From the NCBI GenBank assembly GCA_037139835.1, contig JBAXFQ010000002.1, forward strand, positions 10,659 through 74,658: a DNA stretch of 64,000 nt, given 5' to 3'. This DNA is from Candidatus Nomurabacteria bacterium (GTDB lineage Bacteria; Patescibacteriota; Minisyncoccia; Phycocordibacterales; UBA9973). The position numbers and the translations under genes are program-made. Below, in pieces: positions 1-8,949 of this stretch. How positions within the stretch are numbered: the first letter of the stretch is position 1; each line of letters begins with the position of its first letter. The notes beneath the pieces are model-generated. The model saw only the letters and a program-made list of their open reading frames with translations, ran no database searches and was not told where the DNA came from.

Positions 1-582
1 TTTGAATAGATAGTGGTCTATTCTATATATTTGTTCTTCTTTAAAATATTGTGAAAGTAATGCCTGTAGTTTTTGGGCACTATCTAGGTCGGTGCCAAAT
101 GGCTTTTCTATGAGGATACGGCTCCATCCTAGTTCATCACCACATGGAATGTTTAATTTAACTTCCGCTAAATTTTTAAATATTTGTTCATAAAAAGTAG
201 GTGGGACTGCTAAATAGTAAAGCTTGTTTGCACATACACTCCAGCTATTTTCTATTTCAGTTATGCGTTCGGATAGATTCTTGAATGCTTCTAGGTCTTC
301 GAAGGTTCCAGCCTTGTAAGAAAATAGTTTGAAAAATGATTCGAAATCTTTTTCTGCTATTTCTCCCTCTGAATTCTTCCTGACAGAATTCATTATCAAG
401 TCTTTTAATTCATCATTTGATAATTCTTGTCTCGAGAAGCCTATGATAGCTAGATTGGTCGGTAGCCTTCCATGAGTAAATAAATGCCAAAGAGAGGGGA
501 TTATCTTTTTTGTTGCCAAGTCTCCGGTTATACCAAACAATGTAAATATCGAAGGTATGTTGTTTATTTTTGTTTTAACCAT
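1..582 (-). CDS. zwf: Glucose-6-phosphate 1-dehydrogenase, N-terminal part (runs off the window start; absent from the ORF track)
   Basis: Manual translation from ATG 582 gives MVKTKINNIPSIFTLFGITGDLATKKIIPSLW (GxxGDLA NADP motif), IEKPFGTDL and RIDHYLFK at the window edge. Confidence 0.93.
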   Translation of the reverse strand, partial: MVKTKINNIPSIFTLFGITGDLATKKIIPSLWHLFTHGRLPTNLAIIGFSRQELSNDELKDLIMNSVRKNSEGEIAEKDFESFFKLFSYKAGTFEDLEAFKNLSERITEIENSWSVCANKLYYLAVPPTFYEQIFKNLAEVKLNIPCGDELGWSRILIEKPFGTDLDSAQKLQALLSQYFKEEQIYRIDHYLFK

Positions 583-688
583 ATTTGAAAATATTTTAAA
601 CTTTAATATATTAAGACCCTAATTATATCAAAATATTATGAATAAAGCATGAAGGGGAAGTATTGTTATATTAGCCATATATAAAAAT

Positions 689-724
689 AAACACCCTGAA
701 CAAATAAATTTGTTCAGGGTGTTT
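689..724. terminator. Long inverted repeat, probable intrinsic terminator
   Basis: AAACACCCTGAACAAAT-AA-ATTTGTTCAGGGTGTTT with A/T flanks, downstream of minus ORF 768-956. Confidence 0.6.
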
Positions 725-767
725 TGAAAGCCTTTTAAAGCCTATTTTGTTTACTTATGCCTTTAAA

Positions 768-956
768 TTAATCTTTTTTGAAGCCTGTAATCTTAGTTCT
801 ACTTTTTCTTAGTTCAATTTTTCTGATTAGAAATTCTATGTTCTTTTCTAATTGATTAATTTTATTGCCCCGTTTAATTATTTTTAGGTAATTAAAAAGA
901 AGAGCTAAGTTTAAAACTGAAATAATGATAATTGAATAAATTAAAAATGTGTTCAT
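768..956 (-). CDS. Small single-TM hypothetical protein
   Basis: 62 aa with an N-terminal hydrophobic helix, then a basic coiled-coil-like tail. Confidence 0.5.
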   Translation of the reverse strand: MNTFLIYSIIIISVLNLALLFNYLKIIKRGNKINQLEKNIEFLIRKIELRKSRTKITGFKKD

Positions 957-1101
957 TTTATTTTATTTTTTTTGTGTATCTTTGAGACTTCTTTTTTAAA
1001 AGGGAAGTATCATTGATTAATTCTCAACATAAGCATGCTAAAGAACAAGTGTATTATATTTCTATAATACATCAAGACTTTAGTATGAATAGCACTTATT
1101 G

Positions 1102-1677
1102 TCAAGAAATAGATTTTAATTTATCCAACAATTCCTTTAAATCAGCGGCTAGGGGACTAAGGGGCCATTTATTTAAAATGGCGTTTATCATCTTTATATG
1201 TGAATCTATTATCTTTTCCTTCGGAGCGTGGAATTTTTTAAATATTTCTTCACCTTCTTTTTTATAGTCAACAAGTGTCTCAGATACATTGGCTATGATA
1301 TCTGCTGACTTTAATAAGAGGGAATCATGGGAGAAAGTTTTTACATGTTCTAATGCTTCAGCTTTTCTTTCTTTCCAAGACAAAGACTTATCTTGTTCTG
1401 TGACACTAAGGACAAGATTATATACATTCTCTCCGAATCTTTCGACAATCATCTCTTTTGAGACTTTCTTTTCATCAATACTGTCTTCAATAGTATCATG
1501 GAGTATTCCAGCCACTATTACATCCTCTTTTGAACCTGCTGCCGCAAGGATAAGGCCGACTGTGAGTGGGTGGGTGATATAAGGCACATCTTTACCTTTC
1601 CTTTTCTGCTTCTGGTAAATTTCATGAGTTTTAATCGCGAATCTAATCGCATGTTGTATTTTTTGAGTGTATATCAT
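1102..1677 (-). CDS. HD-domain protein, RelA/SpoT hydrolase (Mesh1/small alarmone hydrolase)-like
   Basis: H..QKRK...PYITHP, GILHDTIED, LVLSVTE and LLKSADIIAN motifs; no synthetase domain. Confidence 0.85.
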   Translation of the reverse strand: MIYTQKIQHAIRFAIKTHEIYQKQKRKGKDVPYITHPLTVGLILAAAGSKEDVIVAGILHDTIEDSIDEKKVSKEMIVERFGENVYNLVLSVTEQDKSLSWKERKAEALEHVKTFSHDSLLLKSADIIANVSETLVDYKKEGEEIFKKFHAPKEKIIDSHIKMINAILNKWPLSPLAADLKELLDKLKSIS

Positions 1678-1744
1678 ATGTATTATTATACTAATTTTTA
1701 ATTTAATAATACTCTTTGAGCTTTAATTGCTGACTAGGCAAAAT

Positions 1745-1929
1745 AAAAAGCGACTAAGAGTTTTAATCAAGCATCGACTTGCTTAATGAAATCTCCCAAT
1801 CGCCTTTGGCAATCAGTCATGATAAGGTATTTGGTTCACCGCAGATTTCCCAGTTTATCTACCTGATTTTACTCAGGAACCTCACATGGTCTACAACTGG
1901 TAGACTACAGTATTGTTTTGAAGAACAAC
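1745..1929 (-). ncRNA. Candidate structured RNA or leader (~185 nt), family unknown
   Basis: It has its own consensus promoter, several hairpins and a U-tract at the end, with no credible ORF. Confidence 0.4.
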
Positions 1930-1935
1930 ACACAT

Positions 1936-1964
1936 ATTATAGCATGGGTATCTATATGTGACAA
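1936..1964 (-). promoter_or_regulatory. Sigma70-type promoter
   Basis: TTGTCA-17 nt-TATAAT with extended -10 TG on the minus strand. Confidence 0.7.
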
Positions 1965-2053
1965 ATTTAGAATTACTATTTAAATTAAGCCTTAAGTGGT
2001 ATAATTTTGTTAGTTTATACTTATCAAGAGAATAGTTAAAATTCAATAGAACT

Positions 2054-3121
2054 ATGAAAAAAGAAATTGAAATAAAAAGTAAATCTTCAAATAGTAATTT
2101 ACATAAGGCAAATAAGGATAAAAAGGATGAGTTTTACACTCAGCTTATTGATATTGAAAAGGAGCTCAAAAACTATAAAGAACAATTTCGTAATAAAGTA
2201 GTATATTGCAATTGTGATGATCCTTTTGAGAGCAATTTCTTTAAATACTTTGCAAATAATTTTAATGCTCTTGGTTTAAAAAGACTTATTGCTACAAGTT
2301 ATAAGCCTTCACCTATTGCTAATACCCAACTAGAACTATTTGGAGATGATAAAACTTTAAAACCAATAAAAGGACGTCCTAAAACAAATGCTAATAAATT
2401 AATTATAAATGAAGTCAAAGATCTTGATGGTGACGGTGCGTTTGATTTGCGTGATGTTGCTGAACAACTTAAGATAAATAAAAATAATGAATGGTCACCA
2501 ATGGAAGGAGATGGAGATTTTAGAAGTGAAGAAAGTATAGAACTGTTAAAACAAGCAGATATTATAGTAACTAACCCTCCTTTTTCATTATTTAGAGAAT
2601 ATATCACACAACTTACAGAATATAATAAAAAATTTTTGATTATTGGAAATACAAATGCTCTAACTTATAAAGAAATTTTTAAATTAGTTAAAGATGACAA
2701 CCTTCGAACTGGTTATACAAATTTTAATGTCGGGATGTTTTTTGAAGTTCCTGATGATTGGCAAAAGTATCATCACATAGATGAGCACGGGAAAAAAATT
2801 GCTCGGGTTTCTACTTCATGTTGGTTTACAAATCTTGAAGTAGAAAAACATAAACAAGATATTATTCTTTATAAAAAATATGATCAAAATATTTATCTTA
2901 AGTATGATAATTATAATGGTATAGAAGTTCCAAAAGTTCAGGAGATACCAATGGATTATAAAGGTATTATGGGAGTACCAATTACTTTTGTTGACAAGTA
3001 TAACCCAGATCAATTTGAGATAATAAAATTTAGAAAAGGAGATGATGAAAAAGATTTATCTATAAATGGAGGGTATCCATATTTTAGAATTTTAATTAAA
3101 AATAAAAAACCACAAAAATAA
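2054..3121 (+). CDS. Adenine-specific DNA methyltransferase, EcoRI-methylase-like family
   Basis: KKDEFYT, VYCNCDDP, GDGDFRS and the catalytic TNPPFSLF motif. Confidence 0.9.
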   Translation: MKKEIEIKSKSSNSNLHKANKDKKDEFYTQLIDIEKELKNYKEQFRNKVVYCNCDDPFESNFFKYFANNFNALGLKRLIATSYKPSPIANTQLELFGDDKTLKPIKGRPKTNANKLIINEVKDLDGDGAFDLRDVAEQLKINKNNEWSPMEGDGDFRSEESIELLKQADIIVTNPPFSLFREYITQLTEYNKKFLIIGNTNALTYKEIFKLVKDDNLRTGYTNFNVGMFFEVPDDWQKYHHIDEHGKKIARVSTSCWFTNLEVEKHKQDIILYKKYDQNIYLKYDNYNGIEVPKVQEIPMDYKGIMGVPITFVDKYNPDQFEIIKFRKGDDEKDLSINGGYPYFRILIKNKKPQK

Positions 3122-3122
3122 T

Positions 3123-4226
3123 ATGAAAATAGATTTAAATAAAATAAAAATTGTTGATGTTGTAAAAGATTATAAAGATAGTGCTGAAGAAGGAATATCT
3201 GCTTTTGGTGGTAAGTTAGATATTCGTCCTAAATATCAAAGAGAGTTTGTATATAGTGGAAAGCAAAGAGATGAAGTAATAAAAACTATTAAAAATGGTT
3301 TTCCTCTAAATGTTATGTATTGGGTTAAGAAAGAAGACGGTAATTTCGAAGTACTTGATGGGCAGCAAAGAACCATAAGTATTGCTCAATATGTCAATGG
3401 AGATTTCTCTATCGAATTCAATGGTAGAACTGCAATGTTTCATAATTTAACCAAAGAAGAGCAAAATCAGATTATGAATTATGAACTTATGATTTATCAC
3501 TGCGAAGGAACTGAAAAGGAAAAACTTGATTGGTTCAAAATAATTAATATAGCAGGAGAAAAATTAACAGATCAGGAGCTTAGAAATGCTGTTTATACTG
3601 GACCATGGCTTTCTGATGCAAAATTAAAGTTTAGTAAAACAAATTGTGCTGCATATTTACTATCAAATGATGGTGGACAACTAATAACTGGTTCACCAAT
3701 AAGACAGGAATATTTGGAAACTGCACTATTGTGGATAAATAATGAGGAAATAGAAGATTATATGTCTAAACATCAGCATGATAAAAATGCAGACAAACTA
3801 TGGCAATATTTTCAAAATGTAATTCATTGGATACGAGAAGTTTTTCCTAATTATCGTAAAGAGATGTCGAGTGTTAGTTGGGGTGAGCTTTATAATGCAC
3901 TTAAGGATAAAAAACTTGATTCAAAAAAAATAGAAAAAGAAATTAAAGAATTAATGCAAGAAGAAGATGTAACAAAAAAATCTGGCATTTATCCGTATGT
4001 GCTTACTCGAAAAGAGAGATATCTTTCTATTCGAGCATTTACACCAAACATGAAAAGAGAAGCATACGAAAGACAAGGTGGCATTTGTGTTGCCTGTAAA
4101 AAAGAATTTTCAATTGGAGATATGGAAGCTGATCATATAAAACCATGGCACGAAGGAGGTAGGACTATTGCCGAAAATTGTCAGATGCTTTGCAAAGAAG
4201 ATAATAGAACTAAATCTGGAAAATAG
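3123..4226 (+). CDS. DUF262 (GmrSD-like) domain plus C-terminal HNH endonuclease
   Basis: YQREFVY, DGQQR and FKIINIAG motifs; C-terminal CxxC..ADHIKPWHEGG..NCQMLCKEDN; starts 1 nt after the MTase stop. Confidence 0.88.
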   Translation: MKIDLNKIKIVDVVKDYKDSAEEGISAFGGKLDIRPKYQREFVYSGKQRDEVIKTIKNGFPLNVMYWVKKEDGNFEVLDGQQRTISIAQYVNGDFSIEFNGRTAMFHNLTKEEQNQIMNYELMIYHCEGTEKEKLDWFKIINIAGEKLTDQELRNAVYTGPWLSDAKLKFSKTNCAAYLLSNDGGQLITGSPIRQEYLETALLWINNEEIEDYMSKHQHDKNADKLWQYFQNVIHWIREVFPNYRKEMSSVSWGELYNALKDKKLDSKKIEKEIKELMQEEDVTKKSGIYPYVLTRKERYLSIRAFTPNMKREAYERQGGICVACKKEFSIGDMEADHIKPWHEGGRTIAENCQMLCKEDNRTKSGK

Positions 4227-4264
4227 TATTTATATAAAGATGAATGTTGAATAATAAATTCAAA

Positions 4265-4302
4265 AAATGCCTCATAAGTGAATTATCACTTATGAGGCAT
4301 TT
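4265..4302. terminator. Bidirectional terminator between convergent genes
   Basis: AAATGCCTCATAAGTG-AATTAT-CACTTATGAGGCATTT. Confidence 0.7.
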
Positions 4303-4318
4303 GATATTTAAAATTAAA

Positions 4319-4720
4319 TTAATTTTTGCGTTTATCTATTTTTATTGATAATTGCATTTCTTTTACTATAGAGTCCATACTTCTATTTATTTTTTTGATA
4401 TCATAGAGTATTTGATCCTTAGTTTCTACTGTATCCCTTTTTAGGAATTTTGATGTAAATTGCTTTACATCAGGATAAAATGTGGGAATTAAGGAATCGA
4501 CTTTGGTCAATTTAGAATTTTCTAGTGAATATAGACGAGCATCAATTCTCTTGAATTTTTCAACATAGATAACCATTATAATAGATTGGCTAATAGTTAA
4601 AATCAATAATGATAAATAAATTACATCAATAAAAGAAATTTTCATAATTTTTTGGATTATTTTTTGAGCATTATTCGCTATCTTTAATCTAAAACATAAA
4701 AACAGACGAATGCCTTTCAC
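4319..4720 (-). CDS. Hypothetical single-TM protein (real start probably ATG ~4645)
   Basis: ORF track; hydrophobic segment after MKISFIDV. Confidence 0.5.
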   Translation of the reverse strand: MKGIRLFLCFRLKIANNAQKIIQKIMKISFIDVIYLSLLILTISQSIIMVIYVEKFKRIDARLYSLENSKLTKVDSLIPTFYPDVKQFTSKFLKRDTVETKDQILYDIKKINRSMDSIVKEMQLSIKIDKRKN

Positions 4721-4771
4721 ATAAATGTGAGAGGACTTGATTCGAAGGTAGTCTAAATTATTCGATATCTT

Positions 4772-4800
4772 TTGTCAACAATCAGTTTATGTGTTATACT
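4772..4800 (+). promoter_or_regulatory. Sigma70-type promoter
   Basis: TTGTCA-17 nt-TATACT with extended -10 TG. Confidence 0.7.
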
Positions 4801-4883
4801 GCGCTCAAGTTGATCTTTCGAGAGAGACCCATAAACCTTAAGGGAATTTAAATTCTTTTAAGAATAAAAATCAATTAACTAAC

Positions 4884-4997
4884 ATGGGAAACTATGGAAA
4901 AGCTAAAGTTAAACTAACTCCTCTAACCTTATTGGTTATATACAGGGGTTCAGTCATTACTTGGGCTGAATATGTTGAAATACGAGATTCTTTCTAG
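4884..4997 (+). CDS. Candidate 37-aa small protein
   Basis: MGNYGKAKVKLTPLTLLVIYRGSVITWAEYVEIRDSF*, after an A-rich leader downstream of the 4772-4800 promoter. Confidence 0.4.
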   Translation: MGNYGKAKVKLTPLTLLVIYRGSVITWAEYVEIRDSF

Positions 4998-5215
4998 AAA
5001 GAATCTTATGTTTTATTTGACTCTACGATAGTAGACGAGACAGCGAGGCGCAAAAAAGCTGACATATAGGAAAGCAAAATCTAGATAACGGTAAGATCAC
5101 ACTACTAGGATTTTGCGGGTCGTGATTAAATAAATTAATTACATTCATATTTTTTTAAAATATAATTATTAATTAATTTTAAAGGCTGCAAAAATGATTT
5201 TTCTTTTTGCAGCAC

Positions 5216-5264
5216 CCGTAACAAAATGTGTATTTTGTCTGACGAGTCGGAAACGACGAAACGG
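5216..5264 (+). ncRNA. Hammerhead ribozyme, type III
   Basis: CCGUA | stem I ACAAAAU-GUGU-AUUUUGU | core CUGACGA | stem II GUCG-GAAA-CGAC | GAAA-CGG pairing back to CCGU. Cleavage triplet GUA at 5218-5220. Confidence 0.88.
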
Positions 5265-5317
5265 AGGAGGTGAGGCTACCAAAAGATTCTCTTTAAAAAA
5301 GAGATAATAAATTTTTA

Positions 5318-5758
5318 ATGAAAACATATAAAATATTAATATTAGAAGATGACTTTGAGGCTGTGAGTAAAATCATGGCTAAATTGTATGCATTGGAAGG
5401 TAGCTTTCCATCGATGGATTTTGATGTAACGGTTCTTTCTAGTTCAGAGTCTGTAGTGAAGCTCATCAATCCTCAAGATGCAGGTGCCTATGATGTGATA
5501 CTCCTAGATAGAGAGTGCAAGCTAGGTGGCTCTTTCCACGTCCTTGATATTGAAAAGTTTGGTGCCAATAAGATAATATCTATATCTACTACGCAGGCTT
5601 GGAATGAAGAAGCCAGAGCAAGGGGAGTCACAAGAGTCGTACCGAAAGTTTTCAATGATATGGACGCATTTGCTAGAAAATTAATGATAGAGATAAGAGA
5701 AGTCCTAACTGGAAATAATCCTTCACAATATCAAACCCGACGTTCTAGTAGTTTATAA
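5318..5758 (+). CDS. Stand-alone receiver (CheY-like) domain protein
   Basis: KILILEDD acidic pocket and DVILLD phospho-acceptor strand; no output domain. Confidence 0.65.
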   Translation: MKTYKILILEDDFEAVSKIMAKLYALEGSFPSMDFDVTVLSSSESVVKLINPQDAGAYDVILLDRECKLGGSFHVLDIEKFGANKIISISTTQAWNEEARARGVTRVVPKVFNDMDAFARKLMIEIREVLTGNNPSQYQTRRSSSL

Positions 5759-5866
5759 TTATAGTTTTCTCTTTTTTACTGTGAAAATTCTCCCTATGCA
5801 AAAAGGGTTGTACCATTTTTTTTATGAATTAGAATAGCTAGCAGGATTTTTAAATAATGGTCTATT

Positions 5867-6619
5867 ATGTATAATAAACGAATGCATAGCAAAAAAATAA
5901 TTATAATTTTATACTGTATTTTTATTTTGTGTGGCGCCTTGTCTTTGGTTTATATTCCAGATGCATCAAAATATTCTTATGGCTCAATTTTTGCATTGTT
6001 CATAATATCTCTACCTTTGTTTTATACACTTTATTTTAGATTTGGAATAAATACATTCATTAAATTAATTTTTTCTCTATCTTTATTTGCATTGCTCATA
6101 GAATATGTAGGGCTTGTCACAGGTTGGCCGTATGGAGAATTCTTATATACTGGGAATCTCGGTTATAAATTGTTTGGAATACTGCCATGGACTGTCGGAC
6201 TTTCCTGGACACCGCTTGTCGTCGGGTCTGTTGCTATGGTCTATCCTGTCACACAAAGAAAAGTATTACGAATCATATTGCCTGTAATAGTGTTGGTTGT
6301 TTTTGATCTGCTTCTTGATCCAGTAGCTGTTAATTTGGGTATGTGGTCATATTTACATGGTGGGGCATATTACAGCGTGCCTATTCAAAACTTTTTTGGT
6401 TGGATATTTTCTGGTTTGATTGGATCATTAATATGTTTTTATATTTTAAATAAATCTGATAATAAAATTTTTAATTTAGGATATAGTCTTCTTATTAATA
6501 TTATTTTTTGGTCTATCGTAGCTTGGGGTTTAGGATTGTATATACCTTTAATTTTCGGAATTTTTCTTATTATGTGTTTTACTGTGATATACTTTAAAAA
6601 TAATGAAAGATTTTCTTAA
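5867..6619 (+). CDS. cruF: Carotenoid biosynthesis membrane protein, CruF-like hydratase
   Basis: Multi-TM with E.VGLVTGWPYGEF.Y, FDLLLDP.A and VPIQNFFGW motifs; crt context. Confidence 0.8.
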   Translation: MYNKRMHSKKIIIILYCIFILCGALSLVYIPDASKYSYGSIFALFIISLPLFYTLYFRFGINTFIKLIFSLSLFALLIEYVGLVTGWPYGEFLYTGNLGYKLFGILPWTVGLSWTPLVVGSVAMVYPVTQRKVLRIILPVIVLVVFDLLLDPVAVNLGMWSYLHGGAYYSVPIQNFFGWIFSGLIGSLICFYILNKSDNKIFNLGYSLLINIIFWSIVAWGLGLYIPLIFGIFLIMCFTVIYFKNNERFS

Positions 6620-7433
6620 GATAAGTCGCCCAAGGTTTTGGGTTTATGTAGCGGGACCCTTTTGGCTTTGTGGAGCTATATTTTACCCGTTGGGTGTAAA
6701 TATTACCCCGATGCTCATTTTTTTACTTTACTTTACCTTTCCGGCGAATATTTTAATATATGGAATCAATGATTTATATGATCGTGCAACCGACACTCTC
6801 AATACTAAAAAGACTTCATATGAGCAGGTTTTAGATAAAAAGTATGATAAAAAATTGATCTGGATTATCATACTTACAAATATACCTTTTTTGATTTATG
6901 GTTTTTTTGTTTTGCCAACAGCGTCATTTATATGCCTATTATTATTTGTAGTTTTATCTTGGCAGTATTCTGCAACTCCATTAAGAGCCAAAGCTGTCCC
7001 ATTTTTAGATAGCTTTGTCAGTGGTCTTTTATATATAGTGCCAGCCGGTGTTTCTTGGGCCCTTATTACAAATTCTTATCCACCATTCTTGCCAATGTTG
7101 GCTGGCTTTTTATGGTCTTACTCTATGCATTTGTATTCTGCTGTGCCTGATATCAATGCAGATAAAATGGCAGGTATCCAAACGGGAGCGACACTCTTAG
7201 GTAAAAATACCACGCTTATTTTATGTGGTGTTTTATATGCAGTGTCTTCCTTGATAGCTTATTTTTATATTGGGTTTTTTGCAATTATTGCTGGGTTGGG
7301 ATATTTGTATTTAATATTTATTTCCATCAAAAAAAGTAAACCAGAAGAAGTTCTCGTTATATATAAAATATTTCCATTTTTAAATACATTAGTTGGTGGA
7401 ATTCTTTTCGCGATTCTATTTTTTCTGCATTAA
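6603..7433 (+). CDS. UbiA-family prenyltransferase, lycopene elongase (LyeJ/CrtEb)-like
   Basis: SRPRFW.Y, YGINDLYD..TD..N, YSA.PLRAK and SAVPDI.AD motifs; overlaps the end of cruF. Confidence 0.82.
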   Translation: MKDFLKISRPRFWVYVAGPFWLCGAIFYPLGVNITPMLIFLLYFTFPANILIYGINDLYDRATDTLNTKKTSYEQVLDKKYDKKLIWIIILTNIPFLIYGFFVLPTASFICLLLFVVLSWQYSATPLRAKAVPFLDSFVSGLLYIVPAGVSWALITNSYPPFLPMLAGFLWSYSMHLYSAVPDINADKMAGIQTGATLLGKNTTLILCGVLYAVSSLIAYFYIGFFAIIAGLGYLYLIFISIKKSKPEEVLVIYKIFPFLNTLVGGILFAILFFLH

Positions 7434-8945
7434 TTATAGACTCTTTAGAGGATGAACATCTTCATTTTTTGTAATACGTTTATAGACTAATTCTGCTGAG
7501 ATTATGCATATAGGCATACCTATACCTGGGTTTGTACCTGCTCCGACATAAAATAAATTTTTTATTGTTTTATGAATATTGTTTGGTCTAAATAGTGCAG
7601 TTTGATTTATCGTATGAGCAAGACCTAGGGCTGTGCCTTTATAAGCATTGTAGTCTATTTCAAAATTTTTAATAGAATAAGTCTTTTTAAAAATTATTCT
7701 ATCTCTAATATTATTTACACCTGCATAATTTTCAATTTCTGATAATACTTTTTCTGTGTATTCCTTTTCGAAATTATCATCATATGTAAGGCCTGGGGCT
7801 ATAGGTACTAAGACGAACAAATTTTCACAGTCAGCAGGCGCAATATTCTTATCGCTTTTTGATGGAGCACTTATATAAATAGATGGATCATCGGGCCATT
7901 TAGGATTATGAAATATCTGATCAAAGCCTTTACTCCAGTCTTTTGAAAAAATTAAATTATGATGTTCTAAGCTAGGTATTTTATCTTTTATACCTAGATA
8001 AAGTATAAATGCACTAGGGGCAAGCATTCGACTATCCCAATATTTTTCGCTGTGCTCTTGGTATGGTGCTTTTAATAAATGTTGATCAGTGTATGTAATA
8101 TCTGCATTTGAAATAACAATATCAGCGAAAATTTTTTCATCATTGTTTGTCAATCTTATGCCTTTGGCGATGTTATCTTCTACGATAATCTCACTTACTG
8201 GCGAATTTTTCATTATTTTTACGCCATTTTTAATTGCAATTTTTTCCATTGCCTCTGGTAGTTTCCAGACACCTCCATCGGGGTACCATACTCCTAGTCC
8301 AAAATCTACATAATTCATCATGCTATATATACCAGGGCAGTCGCCAGGAGCAGTCCCTAGTAACACCATTTGATATTGCAAGACTTTTTGCAATATCTCA
8401 CTTTTGAAGCGAGACTCGATTATTTGCTTTTGCTTTTTTAGAAGTGGTAATTTCCATCCAACTTTAGCGACACTCCAAGTTAGAAAATCAAAAATAGAAT
8501 TATAATTTTTAAACATGAATTCATTATATGCAATACTGTATTGTAATTTTAATTTATCTAAAAATTTTACCAATACCTGTCCGCTACCTGGTTCTATTTT
8601 TTCAAATGTTTCTTTATTTTTATCTATATCACCAAAAAAATCATAATGTGATTTGTCACTTTTTAGGAAAACACGGTATGAAGGGGACAGCTTTTTTAAA
8701 GTATAATAATCACTGATTTTTTCACCCATAAGTTCAAAGAAATGTTCGAATACTTCAGGCATCATATACCAGCTTGGGCCCATGTCGAAGATAAAACCAT
8801 TTTGTTCAAATACTCTGGCCCGACCACCGACTGATTCATTCTTTTCAACAATCGTTACATCGTAGCCCTTTTTTGCAAGCATACAAGCCGAGGCCAAGCC
8901 TCCGATACCCGCACCAATAATGATTATAGATTCTTTTTTATTCAT
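7434..8945 (-). CDS. crtI: Phytoene desaturase / CrtI-CrtD family
   Basis: GAGIGGLA FAD motif, FDMGPSWY and C-terminal NLFYVGAGTNPGIGMP. Confidence 0.9.
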   Translation of the reverse strand: MNKKESIIIIGAGIGGLASACMLAKKGYDVTIVEKNESVGGRARVFEQNGFIFDMGPSWYMMPEVFEHFFELMGEKISDYYTLKKLSPSYRVFLKSDKSHYDFFGDIDKNKETFEKIEPGSGQVLVKFLDKLKLQYSIAYNEFMFKNYNSIFDFLTWSVAKVGWKLPLLKKQKQIIESRFKSEILQKVLQYQMVLLGTAPGDCPGIYSMMNYVDFGLGVWYPDGGVWKLPEAMEKIAIKNGVKIMKNSPVSEIIVEDNIAKGIRLTNNDEKIFADIVISNADITYTDQHLLKAPYQEHSEKYWDSRMLAPSAFILYLGIKDKIPSLEHHNLIFSKDWSKGFDQIFHNPKWPDDPSIYISAPSKSDKNIAPADCENLFVLVPIAPGLTYDDNFEKEYTEKVLSEIENYAGVNNIRDRIIFKKTYSIKNFEIDYNAYKGTALGLAHTINQTALFRPNNIHKTIKNLFYVGAGTNPGIGMPICIISAELVYKRITKNEDVHPLKSL

Positions 8946-8949
8946 AAGA

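Noticed and set aside
1-24. G6PD motif variant RIDHYLFK (usually RIDHYLGK)
   Set aside because: The key D, H and K residues are retained and the gene is cut by the window edge, so there is too little to interpret.
2020-2032. CTTATCAAGAGAA resembling the start of a SAM-I riboswitch before the MTase
   Set aside because: Only ~20 nt remain before the ATG and the rest of the aptamer is absent.
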